From positions 128,447 through 192,446 of IMG/VR virus record IMGVR_UViG_3300028840_005911: 64,000 nt of DNA; one strand, given 5' to 3'. Origin of the DNA: a virus. This document shows positions 1 to 9,200 of the stretch, piece after piece. Within the stretch, counting starts at the first letter, position 1, and every line of letters starts with the position of its first letter. The notes beneath the pieces were generated by a model, which had not been told where the DNA came from, did no database searches, and saw only the letters and a program-made list of their open reading frames with translations. Made by a program: the position numbers and the translations under genes.

Positions 1-17
1 TATGTTCAGTGGGTTGA

Positions 18-875
18 TCAACTGCCATCTCCCCTGAAGAGCCACATCGGGTCCTTCTCCCCCCTGAGGACGTAGATGACGTCCAGGATGGCTTTGAACC
101 TGGGGTTCTTCGGGTAGTACTCATGGAGGTGAGTGACCTCCTTCTGGATGATCTTGCACCTCTCCTTGACATCCTTGGTCAGGGGGAAGTCCGCAGGGTC
201 CTTCGGGATGTAGTTCACCTTGTTCCTGGACCCGGCCTTGGATTTGCCTATCTTCATCCTACCGGACTTCTTCTTTTTCTTCTCCTCTTTGACCTCTTTC
301 TCTGCAGCGGCCGTGGGCTTGCCTTTGACCTTGGATAGGACCTTGTTCTGCTTCCTCTTCGGCAGGGAGGACACCTGGGACCCCACCCGGGTGCTGATCC
401 CGCCCTTTTTGGCCGGCTTCTTGGCGGCCTTCTTCACCTGAGCGGTGCCGGACTTGAGGATCTTCTCGATCTCCTTGATCTTCCTGGCGGTCAGCCCCAC
501 GGCCTCCTTGATCTCCTCCGTGGTGGCGTCATGCTTCATCAGACGCTCCACGGCGTTGACCTGCTCCTCTTTGGTGAGAGGCTCCCGGTTCTCGTTGGCC
601 GTAAAGGAGATGATGAGCGCTTCTTTGTAGGTCACCTGACCGAGGTCAACTACGTCTATCTCGGTCAGGCCGCATTTCCTGGCAGCTCTGAATCTCCTCT
701 CTCCGTCGATGACGGATGGCTTCTCGTCGTTGTCTATCCTCCCCATGATTATAGGGGCGACCATCCCCGTCTCTAGGATGGACTCTATCATCTCGATGGG
801 GGGATCTGTGTCCTGTCTCGCGTTGAAGTTCCGTTTGATCTTGACGTCACGTAGGGGTATCGTCTCCACTTTCAT
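18..875 (-). CDS. ParB/Srx-like domain protein with HTH and Lys-rich C-terminal tail
   Basis: N-terminal ParB-like motifs (NFNAR, PIIMG, VIDGERRFRA, ENREPL). Start moved to MKVET (ATG 875), behind GAGGAGG. Confidence 0.8.
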   Translation of the reverse strand: MKVETIPLRDVKIKRNFNARQDTDPPIEMIESILETGMVAPIIMGRIDNDEKPSVIDGERRFRAARKCGLTEIDVVDLGQVTYKEALIISFTANENREPLTKEEQVNAVERLMKHDATTEEIKEAVGLTARKIKEIEKILKSGTAQVKKAAKKPAKKGGISTRVGSQVSSLPKRKQNKVLSKVKGKPTAAAEKEVKEEKKKKKSGRMKIGKSKAGSRNKVNYIPKDPADFPLTKDVKERCKIIQKEVTHLHEYYPKNPRFKAILDVIYVLRGEKDPMWLFRGDGS

Positions 876-1197
876 CCTCCTCGATGGTGACAACCCAAGG
901 TTGTCCGTCTTTGAAATCGATATACCTGGGGACTGGTTCCCCCAGTATTGGCCTCACGAACTTCATTGGGCCTTTAGGCCTTTCTGGGTCTGCATCAGGA
1001 TGCAGAAAGACATGGAGGGGATTGGGGACCCACACGGAGCCATCCTCCTTGGAGAAGATGGTGGATGTCCCGAAGGTCTGTAGGGACTTGGCGGCTATGG
1101 TACCGAGAAACATGATGGCCGCAGCCACTACCTGCTCGTCCTTGGACTCGAGCATGTCCATGTGGAAATCAACGGCTTCTTCTTCTTCTTCAGTCAC
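847..1197 (-). CDS. hypothetical protein
   Basis: 116-aa ORF whose ends overlap both neighbours in a coupled operon. Confidence 0.6.
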   Translation of the reverse strand: MTEEEEEAVDFHMDMLESKDEQVVAAAIMFLGTIAAKSLQTFGTSTIFSKEDGSVWVPNPLHVFLHPDADPERPKGPMKFVRPILGEPVPRYIDFKDGQPWVVTIEEDESGDDTPT

Positions 1198-1400
1198 TTT
1201 GAACCCCTCGACCAGGTAATCATGGCGTCGTCGTAATCATCCACTGCTTTCCTGAGATTGCCCACCAGCTCTGCTGCTTGTGACAGGGACGCAGGTGATA
1301 TGTCTTTGCCGGTGGTAAAGTCTCTGCCTCCTGTCAACAGTCTTACCAGGGCAGCCAGTCTGCCTGCGCATTCCAAAGCTCTCTTCTTATCCTTGTTCAT
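1194..1400 (-). CDS. small hypothetical protein (MNKDKK...)
   Basis: AGGAGG before ATG at 1400; ATGA overlap with upstream gene stop. Confidence 0.6.
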   Translation of the reverse strand: MNKDKKRALECAGRLAALVRLLTGGRDFTTGKDISPASLSQAAELVGNLRKAVDDYDDAMITWSRGSK

Positions 1401-2167
1401 GGAACCTCCTTGGTGTATTCGCAGCTCGCTGCTACTCCACTCTGAAGCACAAACCCTTTCTCGGTATGTCCACCGACGGCGGTCGGTACCCATCCTGCAT
1501 CGATCATGCACATCCACTGCTCGTAGGTAGCCGTCTCGTACCCAAATGCGCTCGCGCCCGTATCAGCGAGCCACCTCGCCAGTTTTTCTGGCGTGTCGAA
1601 GACAGGGCTGATTGGAGATCCTTCTGACACGGTCTCCCATATCTGCCATCCCTCACCTGCTGGGGGCTCTTCAGGTTCCCAGAGCTCGTATGCTTCTTTA
1701 GCTCCTTTTTTGGTCCAGACGTTACCATCACCTTTACAGGTCTCACAGAGACCCCAAACCCCCTCCCTCTCTGCCCTGGCTCGTACGCAGACGTATTGGT
1801 CGGCACCACTGAATAAGGATGTCGACCTCTGTGACCACTCGTTCACCTGCTCTGCCGTTATCTTGGGCGGTGGCTCGATCTTCTTCCAGCCGTCCTCCCT
1901 GGTCCACATGTGCGTGAAGTCCTTCAGGCAGTTATGCTCGATGAGGGCGTCGACCTCGTGCTGGGTGATGTTGTAGCACCACTTGCGGCCAGTATTTGCG
2001 AAGTCGTACCAGTCGTCCGAGATCTGCTTCGTCTCCGGATTGTACCCGGACCCGTCGCAGTAGGGACATCTTTTGCAGTGTTCATAATGCGGATTGATGA
2101 ACCCTTTCCAGACTTCTCTCAGAGGCCAATCGAAGTCGGGCGCGACCCTCTTTACTTCTCTTCCCAT
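1397..2167 (-). CDS. hypothetical protein with two CxxCxGxG (DnaJ-type Zn) motifs
   Basis: CPYCDGSG and CETCKGDG motifs; GGAGGAG RBS before ATG 2167 (MGREVKRV). Confidence 0.7.
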   Translation of the reverse strand: MGREVKRVAPDFDWPLREVWKGFINPHYEHCKRCPYCDGSGYNPETKQISDDWYDFANTGRKWCYNITQHEVDALIEHNCLKDFTHMWTREDGWKKIEPPPKITAEQVNEWSQRSTSLFSGADQYVCVRARAEREGVWGLCETCKGDGNVWTKKGAKEAYELWEPEEPPAGEGWQIWETVSEGSPISPVFDTPEKLARWLADTGASAFGYETATYEQWMCMIDAGWVPTAVGGHTEKGFVLQSGVAASCEYTKEVP

Positions 2168-2189
2168 ATTCTCCTCCTGGTGTTTCCAC

Positions 2190-2218
2190 AGACTAAATCC
2201 TGGAGAGGTTTTAGTCAA
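2190..2218 (-). promoter_or_regulatory. sigma70-like promoter TTGACT-N17-TAGTCT
   Basis: Minus strand TTGACT (2218-2213), 17-nt spacer, TAGTCT (2195-2190), upstream of the leftward operon. Confidence 0.5.
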
Positions 2219-2259
2219 CGGTTGTTTTTGTCGAATGGTTGGACTAAAATGAAGACGTT

Positions 2260-2580
2260 ATGATGAAGCTGAGCGGCAAGCGATTCGACTTTGAAGATAA
2301 GGCGAGTGATTCTACTTTGCTTGTACCAAAAACTGACGTAAATTTGAAGTCATCCAGACAGGTCATCAAGTTCTCTACACACGAGCTCAAGATCCTCTCG
2401 AAGTTCCGTAAGGAAGTCAACAAGGTGAGAGAGAAGGAAGGGAAGAAGGTCCTTAGCCTGTCCGACCTCGTCCGGCTCATAGTCCTGGATTTCATTGCCA
2501 GTTTGAAGAGTCCATTCTACTTCGTGGACCTCGACGGGACCCTCGAAAAGTGTAAAAATGACCCTCGAAAGTACGTGTAA
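2260..2580 (+). CDS. small basic protein, possible ribbon-helix-helix regulator
   Basis: 106 aa, divergently oriented; strand (RQVIKFS) followed by helices (LSLSDLVRLIVLDFI). Confidence 0.5.
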   Translation: MMKLSGKRFDFEDKASDSTLLVPKTDVNLKSSRQVIKFSTHELKILSKFRKEVNKVREKEGKKVLSLSDLVRLIVLDFIASLKSPFYFVDLDGTLEKCKNDPRKYV

Positions 2581-2635
2581 TTATTAACGAATTCGTTTAC
2601 CACGTGGCATAAAATTTCCTTAATGATTACTACGG

Positions 2636-2653
2636 GTTGCAGAGGCAACTTTT
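2636..2653 (+). terminator. weak intrinsic terminator
   Basis: GTTGC-AGAG-GCAAC followed by TTTT, downstream of ORF 2260-2580. Confidence 0.4.
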
Positions 2654-2660
2654 ACGCTTA

Positions 2661-2696
2661 GACCACTGCCGCAAGGAGGGTATGTCGGCAGTGGTC
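2661..2696. terminator. 11-bp stem-loop at the end of the minus-strand virion operon
   Basis: GACCACTGCCG...CGGCAGTGGTC perfect inverted repeat; no U-tract on the minus strand. Confidence 0.45.
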
Positions 2697-2720
2697 CGGC
2701 GGCCGGGACAACCGCCTACC

Positions 2721-2927
2721 TTATATCCTGGGTGCGTAAGCTCGAGGGCCTTCGATCTTCTTGGTCTTCAGCTTCACCGCCGGCGTCTTGGTAAGCCGAC
2801 CTTCGAAGCCGTGAGGGCACTTGTCTATCTTGGACGTGGTATTGCCCTGGATGTTCTGTTCCAGGACCACGTTGGCGATCTTCTCCAGCTCCTCGAGGAA
2901 GGCTGGGAGGAGGTCATGCAGGTCCAT
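2721..2927 (-). CDS. small virion-associated protein with FLEELEKIA leader
   Basis: 68 aa directly after the tube stop; leader shared with other head-module proteins. Confidence 0.65.
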   Translation of the reverse strand: MDLHDLLPAFLEELEKIANVVLEQNIQGNTTSKIDKCPHGFEGRLTKTPAVKLKTKKIEGPRAYAPRI

Positions 2928-2929
2928 TG

Positions 2930-3589
2930 CTACAGGGCCAGCTGATCCGAGGCATCCAAGCCAACCAGGGCAAGGGCGCTGACTGCGACGGGCAGAGCGC
3001 GCTCGAACTGAATGCCGACGTTCTCCTGGATGATCGTACCCTGGGAGTCGGTGGCGATGGTGTGGTTCGGGATGTAGCAGGACTCCATGTACACCGCTCC
3101 GACCGTGTCCTCGTTGGAGTCACGGAAGTAGGCCATCATCCCAATCGGCTGATTGAAGAGATCAGAGGCCAGATTGATGTACATGTTCTCGTAGCCCGGC
3201 GGGATCTTCACGTTGTGCGCGTTGGCCACGGTTAGAGCCCCGAGGTTGTTCGCCCCGATGACACTCGGCACCAGAGTGGGCGGGAACAGGTCCTGGTAGT
3301 ATGCATACAGGACGCGGAGCAGAGAGGGGCCGTGGTAGAGCACGCGGCTCAGACCAACCTGGCCCACCGTCCGACCACTGATGAAGAAGGACCGTTCGGA
3401 CCCGATCTCAAAGATCCGGTTGAACTGCCGGGTGTGACTGAGATTGAAGTTCTGCACAATCCCGATGGGGAAGACGATGTCGTCACCTGCTCCCTCGGCC
3501 AGGCCGGCTCCCACGAACGTCTGGTTTCCGATGTTGGCTAGACGGGGCGGACCTGCGGCGAGCAAGGTGAAGTTCCCCGAAAGAAATTG
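2930..3589 (-). CDS. tail tube protein, exon 2
   Basis: Tube-like motifs (PIGIVQNFNLSHTRQFNRIFEIGS, YMESCYI); downstream of sheath. The apparent TTG start has no RBS and an in-frame TAA two codons upstream. Confidence 0.8.
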   Translation of the reverse strand, partial: QFLSGNFTLLAAGPPRLANIGNQTFVGAGLAEGAGDDIVFPIGIVQNFNLSHTRQFNRIFEIGSERSFFISGRTVGQVGLSRVLYHGPSLLRVLYAYYQDLFPPTLVPSVIGANNLGALTVANAHNVKIPPGYENMYINLASDLFNQPIGMMAYFRDSNEDTVGAVYMESCYIPNHTIATDSQGTIIQENVGIQFERALPVAVSALALVGLDASDQLAL

Positions 3590-3846
3590 CAACCGTTACG
3601 AGGGCTGTTTAGACCCTCCCAGGAGTTTCCTCCTGGTGTCGGACTATATCTTCTCCCCGAAGGGAGCCGGGCACTCGTGGGGCCGCTTATTGCTTACGCT
3701 GCTCACAGCCCTAGTCTCTGAACCTTCCGCAGTACTACGTGCGCTTCCTACGGCTTGGCTGCTGATTCCCACCACCTCAACGTGCTGAGGGTCCCAGCAA
3801 TTCACCCGGTGCACCTGCATGATTACTCCTGCAGGGGGCCAAATTG
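3590..3846 (-). ncRNA. group I intron without ORF (257 nt) in the tail tube gene
   Basis: P AAUUGCUGGGA, Q AAUCAGCAGC, R UUCAGAGACUA, S AAGAUAUAGUCC. P1 has a U.G pair at the 5' splice site; P8 has a UUCG loop, P9 a GAAA loop; terminal G. Splicing restores the frame. Confidence 0.92.
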
Positions 3847-3909
3847 ACCGTCTACCAACCCCGCTTGAACATAGTTCGTATACGGAGCCCACTGAGATAA
3901 TCTAGCCAT
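3847..3909 (-). CDS. tail tube protein, exon 1 (MARLSQWAPYTNYVQAGLVDG)
   Basis: AGGAGG upstream, ATG at 3909, 21 codons ending GGT; joins in frame to QFLSGNF (spliced product 240 aa). Confidence 0.85.
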
Positions 3910-4615
3910 GTTTCCTAACCTCCTGTCTCTGGTTATGGACTTCCAGGATGGTGGAGCACATCTCCAGGAGATCGTCAACGGACATGTTGCTCTTCATCTC
4001 GTTTACCACTCTACAACAAAGAACCACGTTGTCCTTCGTGTACCCTTTACGGGAATCGACCCTGTCTATACTCACCGCTTCAGGTTTTCTTCGCCCGTCG
4101 AATGTCATTTTACGACTTGTGTAGTGGCACAGCCCCTTCTGTCTGTACCACAACCGGACCAGGAACTCTTTGGTAAGATCGAAATCCATACCTGCGTTCC
4201 TGGCCCTTGTTCTGGACGCACCCAGAAGGCTCATGAGCCTATGGGAGGGAGACTTACCGAGTCTGCGCTTGTCGTATTCAAGGCGGCACTCTTTACAGTA
4301 AGTATCAACATCCTTCCCTTTTCCGTAGTACTCCTCAAGGGGTTTGATGAACCCACACTCTCGACAGATGCGGGCCCCGTCCAGCTCGGAGTCGATCTCC
4401 TTCATCTTCTTGGCTTTGGCCGCCCTAAACCTGAGCTCTTCGGCCTTCTCGACTCCAACTACCTTTTCCCGCCTACGCTGTTGGGACTCCAGGGCGCTGG
4501 CCTTGGCGCACGGCTTACAGTAGCCGGCAGGTTTACCCTTCCTGAAGTAGAACTCCCGGAAGGGTTTGTGCTCCTCACAATGAGGGCACCACCTGGTCTG
4601 GTCCGCAGAAGACAT
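3902..4615 (-). CDS. free-standing HNH-like homing endonuclease
   Basis: Two CxxC-Zn repeats, then QKGLCHYT...SIDRVDSRKGYTKDNVVLCCRVVNEMKS (beta-beta-alpha-Me nuclease motif). Confidence 0.8.
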   Translation of the reverse strand: MSSADQTRWCPHCEEHKPFREFYFRKGKPAGYCKPCAKASALESQQRRREKVVGVEKAEELRFRAAKAKKMKEIDSELDGARICRECGFIKPLEEYYGKGKDVDTYCKECRLEYDKRRLGKSPSHRLMSLLGASRTRARNAGMDFDLTKEFLVRLWYRQKGLCHYTSRKMTFDGRRKPEAVSIDRVDSRKGYTKDNVVLCCRVVNEMKSNMSVDDLLEMCSTILEVHNQRQEVRKHG

Positions 4616-4619
4616 TCGA

Positions 4620-5345
4620 CTATGTCACGATCCCGAGCGTGATGGGATCCGCTGTGACGCCGTCCGACGAGACAGTACACACCGCAGCGTCACCATTTGC
4701 CATGCCGGTCAGGTCGGTGACCTCGAGAGGAAGAGCGGTGTCGGTGATGGCACCGTTGACTTCCTGCGCGATCCCGCCGACTGAGACCACGAAGCCTTCG
4801 CCGACGCCCCCCGACAGAGACGCCTGAGCGGTCACGACCGGAACACCTGCGCCACCGGAGACGACCTGGACCAAGCGCGCCGCATCGGCATCACCGTCGA
4901 TGGCCACCTTGACGGCGTCTGCGTCGTCCGAGGCACCACCCTTGTCGATCTCGATGTCGGTTCCAGACACGGCGATGGCCAGACCACCACCGGCGCTGTC
5001 CACGATCTCGACCGTGATGCTGTTGCCGGGCTCGCCGGGACGATTGGCGGTGAACGCCAGCTCCGCAGTACCGGTGCCGACCGACAGCGTAGCCTTGGTC
5101 TGGCTCTGCAGGAGCTCGGTGCCTGTGATGGCGACATCGACAGGGAGGCCGGCGATGGAAATCGCAGTACCGCCTGTTGCGAAGTCGACGGTCGGGAATC
5201 CTGTGCGACCTTCCAGACGCCCGAATGCGGACTCGGTGTCGTCGCGAAGGTCAGCGACCTCTCCTGCTACGCCGCCCTTGCCGAGCCGGACAAGGTGAGG
5301 CTTGTTGGGGCCTTCATTGCTGAATGAGCGTGATCCTGATGACAT
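4620..5345 (-). CDS. virion structural protein, Gly/Ala/Thr-rich beta domain
   Basis: FTANRPGEPGNSITVEIV...LSGG module of the type seen in sheath/decoration proteins; lies between sheath and tube. Confidence 0.6.
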   Translation of the reverse strand: MSSGSRSFSNEGPNKPHLVRLGKGGVAGEVADLRDDTESAFGRLEGRTGFPTVDFATGGTAISIAGLPVDVAITGTELLQSQTKATLSVGTGTAELAFTANRPGEPGNSITVEIVDSAGGGLAIAVSGTDIEIDKGGASDDADAVKVAIDGDADAARLVQVVSGGAGVPVVTAQASLSGGVGEGFVVSVGGIAQEVNGAITDTALPLEVTDLTGMANGDAAVCTVSSDGVTADPITLGIVT

Positions 5346-5360
5346 TGTGTTCTCCTCTTC

Positions 5361-6185
5361 TTATTGTAGTCTAGTGAGTATTGCCTTCATACGGGCAGCT
5401 ACTCGCTCCCCGCCCGACATCTTCTTGTTTACCAGCTTTTCGAGAACGGTGATGGCCTCCTCCACGTTCTGAATAGGCTCGTGTCCGTACCCGTGGGACT
5501 TCTTGGTCCGTAGTTGGAGATTCTCTATCCGGTTGTCGTCCCTGGTCCCGTTGATGTGGTGCACGACCTCGTCCGCAGTAAGGTATCGTCCTACGTGCTC
5601 CTCCATCACCAGCCGGTGCTCCAGGACGTAACCATCTTTGTCGGCATTTGGGTGCCCCTTGCACATCTTCTTGAGATACCCGCGCTGATAGGTGCGATAA
5701 CCCTTTGGGAGACGTCCCCTGTTCTTTTTCTCCCTGAGCTTGTTCCCGTCCTCGTCGATGATCCCAGCTTGGCGCTGGATTGCATGCTTGTTGCACATCC
5801 ACCGATTCACAGGGCGTCTCTCGCAGCCAGGGACCTTGCACTCGGCGGCCTTCGGGTACGAAGCTAAGGATTTTCCGGAGTCCGCCTCCGGGACCTTTAC
5901 TCCGACATCCTCGCCCTTCTTCCATCTCTGCCAATGAGCAGAACAGAGGCCTCGCCCTACTGGACGACTCCCGCATTCTGGAACTATGCACCTGGCTCCA
6001 GGGCCGTAAGAGCGCACCCTTTTCGGTGGGCGAAGCTCCTCTCCGGTCTCTACATCTATTTGACCTCTGCGGGTCGCCATGTAGTGATTGAAGCAAAACC
6101 CCTTCGCCCCCTTCTTCGTAGTGTTTGTACACCCTTCGAACCTGCATTCCGGCCACTCTGTTCTCTTCGGTCTTCCTTTTTTCAT
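5361..6185 (-). CDS. free-standing HNH homing endonuclease
   Basis: GYVLEHRLVME...VVHHINGTRDDNRIENLQL HNH motif; three N-terminal Cx4C...CxxH repeats. Confidence 0.88.
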   Translation of the reverse strand: MKKGRPKRTEWPECRFEGCTNTTKKGAKGFCFNHYMATRRGQIDVETGEELRPPKRVRSYGPGARCIVPECGSRPVGRGLCSAHWQRWKKGEDVGVKVPEADSGKSLASYPKAAECKVPGCERRPVNRWMCNKHAIQRQAGIIDEDGNKLREKKNRGRLPKGYRTYQRGYLKKMCKGHPNADKDGYVLEHRLVMEEHVGRYLTADEVVHHINGTRDDNRIENLQLRTKKSHGYGHEPIQNVEEAITVLEKLVNKKMSGGERVAARMKAILTRLQ

Positions 6186-6220
6186 GAGGTAACCTCCTTT
6201 TCGGTTACCTCACTTATAAC
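6185..6220 (-). promoter_or_regulatory. GTTATAAG motif followed by a hairpin masking the HNH RBS and start
   Basis: Minus strand GTTATAAG-TGAGGTAACC-GAAAAGGA-GGTTACCTCA(TG): 10-bp stem covers part of AGGAGGT and the A of ATG. Confidence 0.7.
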
Positions 6221-6230
6221 TAACTTTGGA

Positions 6231-9200
6231 CTAAACTACAAGTACGAGTCTCACGTAATTGCATGGATATGGAACGTCCAAAGTGATGTCGATCAACACC
6301 GTGTCCGGGTTGTCAGCGTCCTGGATGATGTTGTTCACATCCGCCCCGATGACCACATTGTTCTCCCTGAGGAACGACCCCAGGCCCTCAACCACCGTGC
6401 TGAGGTTGTCCAGGAAGGGCTGTGTGATGTTGGACCGTCCAATGAAGGTCCGCAGACCCTTGCGGTAGAACTTCGCACAGTAGTCGACCACCTTCGTGAT
6501 GGACAGCTCTCGGGTCTCGATACTGGTGAGGTCCGTGGAGAGCTGGTGGCGACAGATGACCGGGGCACCATCCTCGTCCTGGACCAGAATGTATGTACCA
6601 CCGGCCGCCATCACGTTCATCTGGCGGTTGGTGAACTTGTCGTTCGACCCCACTACCCTGGTCAGGCCGGTGATCGGGAAGTTGGTGAACCCCTGCTGCG
6701 GAGGCTGCTGGCCAACCATGCCCGAGATACAGGCTGTGGCGTAGTACCCCTCCACGAGCTGCTCGAGCCCGGTGACGTTGATCCCACACTGATCAGGGTG
6801 GACGTAGTACATCCTCCGGTCACCGTAGGTCTGAGCAACACCCTGGATAGTCTCGGCGATGGCCTGATAGTCAGGCTTGGTTGTGCCCGAGACCAGGAGC
6901 TCGTCACCACGGATGTACAGAGACCAGTCGTCGCTGATGATCCCAGTGGGGAGCGTAGTCTCGCTGAAGAACGAGTCGGAGTTTCCATCCCCAGTCGCGA
7001 AGGTGGTCCGCAGAGTGATTGTCGTACCCCCTGTCACCTTCTGGACCAGGTAGTACTTGTCGTCGGTCCCCAGGTCGATATAGACCTCGTTCTCGATTGC
7101 TCCCGTGGTCGGGTTGATGTCCAGATTGGGATCGATACCCGCTGCGATGAGGGCCGGAGCCACGTTCACATCCACGGTGAGCTCGTTCGAGGTCGGGGTG
7201 GAGTTCGCATCGGTTCCAGATGCCAGAAGGTCCGGGGAAGCCCGGTCCGGGATCTCCGGGTTGAAGAAGTAGATGCGCTCACCCTTCTGCTCGGGCTCGC
7301 TCATGAAGTTCACGTGGGTCTGGAAGGTCTGATGCACCACCGGGTTCTGCGAGGCGGTACAGATGGCGTAGACCTCCTTGCTCTCCAGGTACTCCGCGCA
7401 GGTGGCATATCCTGCCGGGGTGCCGTCCGGTGCATCCGCAGAGACCTCAGGGACGCCGATGGATGCCACTGTCACGCCGGGGGCGTTGAGCAGTTGCAGG
7501 TAGAGCATCAAGGCACCGGGGTTGTCGGTGCTGATGGGATCTGCAACCTCTCCGACCGTCGATGTGTCATCCACGGTGAGCAGGCTCGGCTCATCGGCGT
7601 CCGGGCTCAGATCGAGACGCAGTGCCTTGTAGGCGATGTACGTGTCCGCGAACCCGCCGGCGAACGGATCACCGGTCAGGCCGTCACGCAGGATCTGGCT
7701 CTGTAGAACGATGTTACCACTGACGTCGATAGCCATATCAGGGGCAGGCCTGCCGCCGCCAGTAACGCTAGTATCGTCCGTAAAACCGAGAATAGAATTC
7801 GCAGAACCATCTGTCACCTCGATTTCGGAAGCCTCCCCGACCTTGTTGCTCTCCAGCTTCAGGTACGGGGGAGAGTCGGAGGTGGCCTCGGCGATGTTGG
7901 TTGTGAGCTCGTTGATCTTGTCGAGGACATGCTGCAGGGAGGTCCCGCCATCATCCTCGTCGGCCACGAAGGTCACGTCATACTCTGTCGGGTTGTTGTC
8001 CAGAGACCACTTGAAGTTGGTACCGTCCAGGTCGGTATCCGTACCGTTGTAGGTACCGATGGCCAGGTTGGGAACGGAATCCGTGGCGGTGATATCGATC
8101 TCTGCTGTGAGACCAACGTTCTCTCCACGGGTTCGGATGGCGAAGTAGGTCCCTGTAGCGGACTCCACACCTGTGCTGAGTGCGGAGTAGGCCTCGGTCC
8201 AGAGTGCCTGAGAGTTCCAGTCAGCGATGGCGGCTGACAAGGTGCCGTGGGCGGCGGCCCAGGTAATGGTCTCCGCCGCCTTGGCCGTACCCTTGAACTC
8301 CGGGGTATAGGTGATGGTCTCAGCATTGACCGTGGCGCTGAAGGCAAGGGCCCCAACCGCGAACGCCGGGGTACCGGGCAGGTACCTGATGTTCTCACCG
8401 ACGTCGGTGCTGGCCAGGGTCATACCCAGGTTCATGCCGGCCGTCTCTGCGGAGTAGGTGATCCCCGCCCCGGAGCCGGTGTTGTCCGCCTTGGTGCGCA
8501 GACCAAGGTAGGTACCCGTCGAGTGCTCGTCACCGACGTCGTTTGCCGGGTAGGCCTCGAAGTTGGTCGCTGCAGCATTGATTCCGGCGATGGCTGCGGC
8601 AAGGTCTGCCCAACCCGCCCCGGAGCTGATGGTCTCAGTGGTCTGAGCCACACCATCGATGGTGACATCGCAGTCGAAGCTCTCGCTGGCCCCAATCGGG
8701 TAGGTACCGGTCGAGGCACCCACGATGTAGGCGACCGAGGCGGCAGATGTCTGCTGGGTTCCGGTCTGTGCTGCCGCCGTGCTTGCCGACGGAGCCGGGT
8801 AGGAGAGCCCGTTGGCCCTGACCCAGAAGTACTTGGGAGCAAACGGCACGTTGGCCGTCATGATGTTCTGCTCGACCTCCATGGTCAGGCGGCTGGTAGT
8901 CACCGACACCACTTCCCCGATGTCCACACCCTCGGCCACGACCGTGTCGCCAGCCAAGATACTGTAGGAGGTGAAGTCCACAGCCGAGGCGGCAGGGGTG
9001 TCACCAGCGCTGAGCAGCTTCTGAGTGGTACCCTGGTAGAACTCGATGCGGGGGCTAAGCAAATCGCTGTCCCCATCGTCGATGGCGTAGAACCCGGCAC
9101 CGACAGCCAGCTCGGGCTCGGCGGCGCTGAATCCGAGGCCATCGGCCACAGCGTTGGCTGTGCCAGTCTCACGCACGACCACGGACGCACGGGCTCCGTA

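Noticed and set aside
2580-2720. Possible small RNA or tRNA in the hairpin-rich gap
   Set aside because: No cloverleaf or known family motif; convergent transcript-end hairpins explain it more simply.
3590-3592. TTG start of the tube ORF as given in the track
   Set aside because: It is the last three intron bases; the true start is ATG 3909.
3902-4615. HNH as an intron-encoded ORF
   Set aside because: The 5' splice site and exon 1 lie downstream of it, so it is outside the intron.
5934-7706. Long plus-strand ORFs opposite structural genes (also 8247-9626, 12963-14318, 15340-17073, 18254-19426, 31964-33475)
   Set aside because: Antisense shadows caused by strong GC3 codon bias; no RBS or recognisable motifs.
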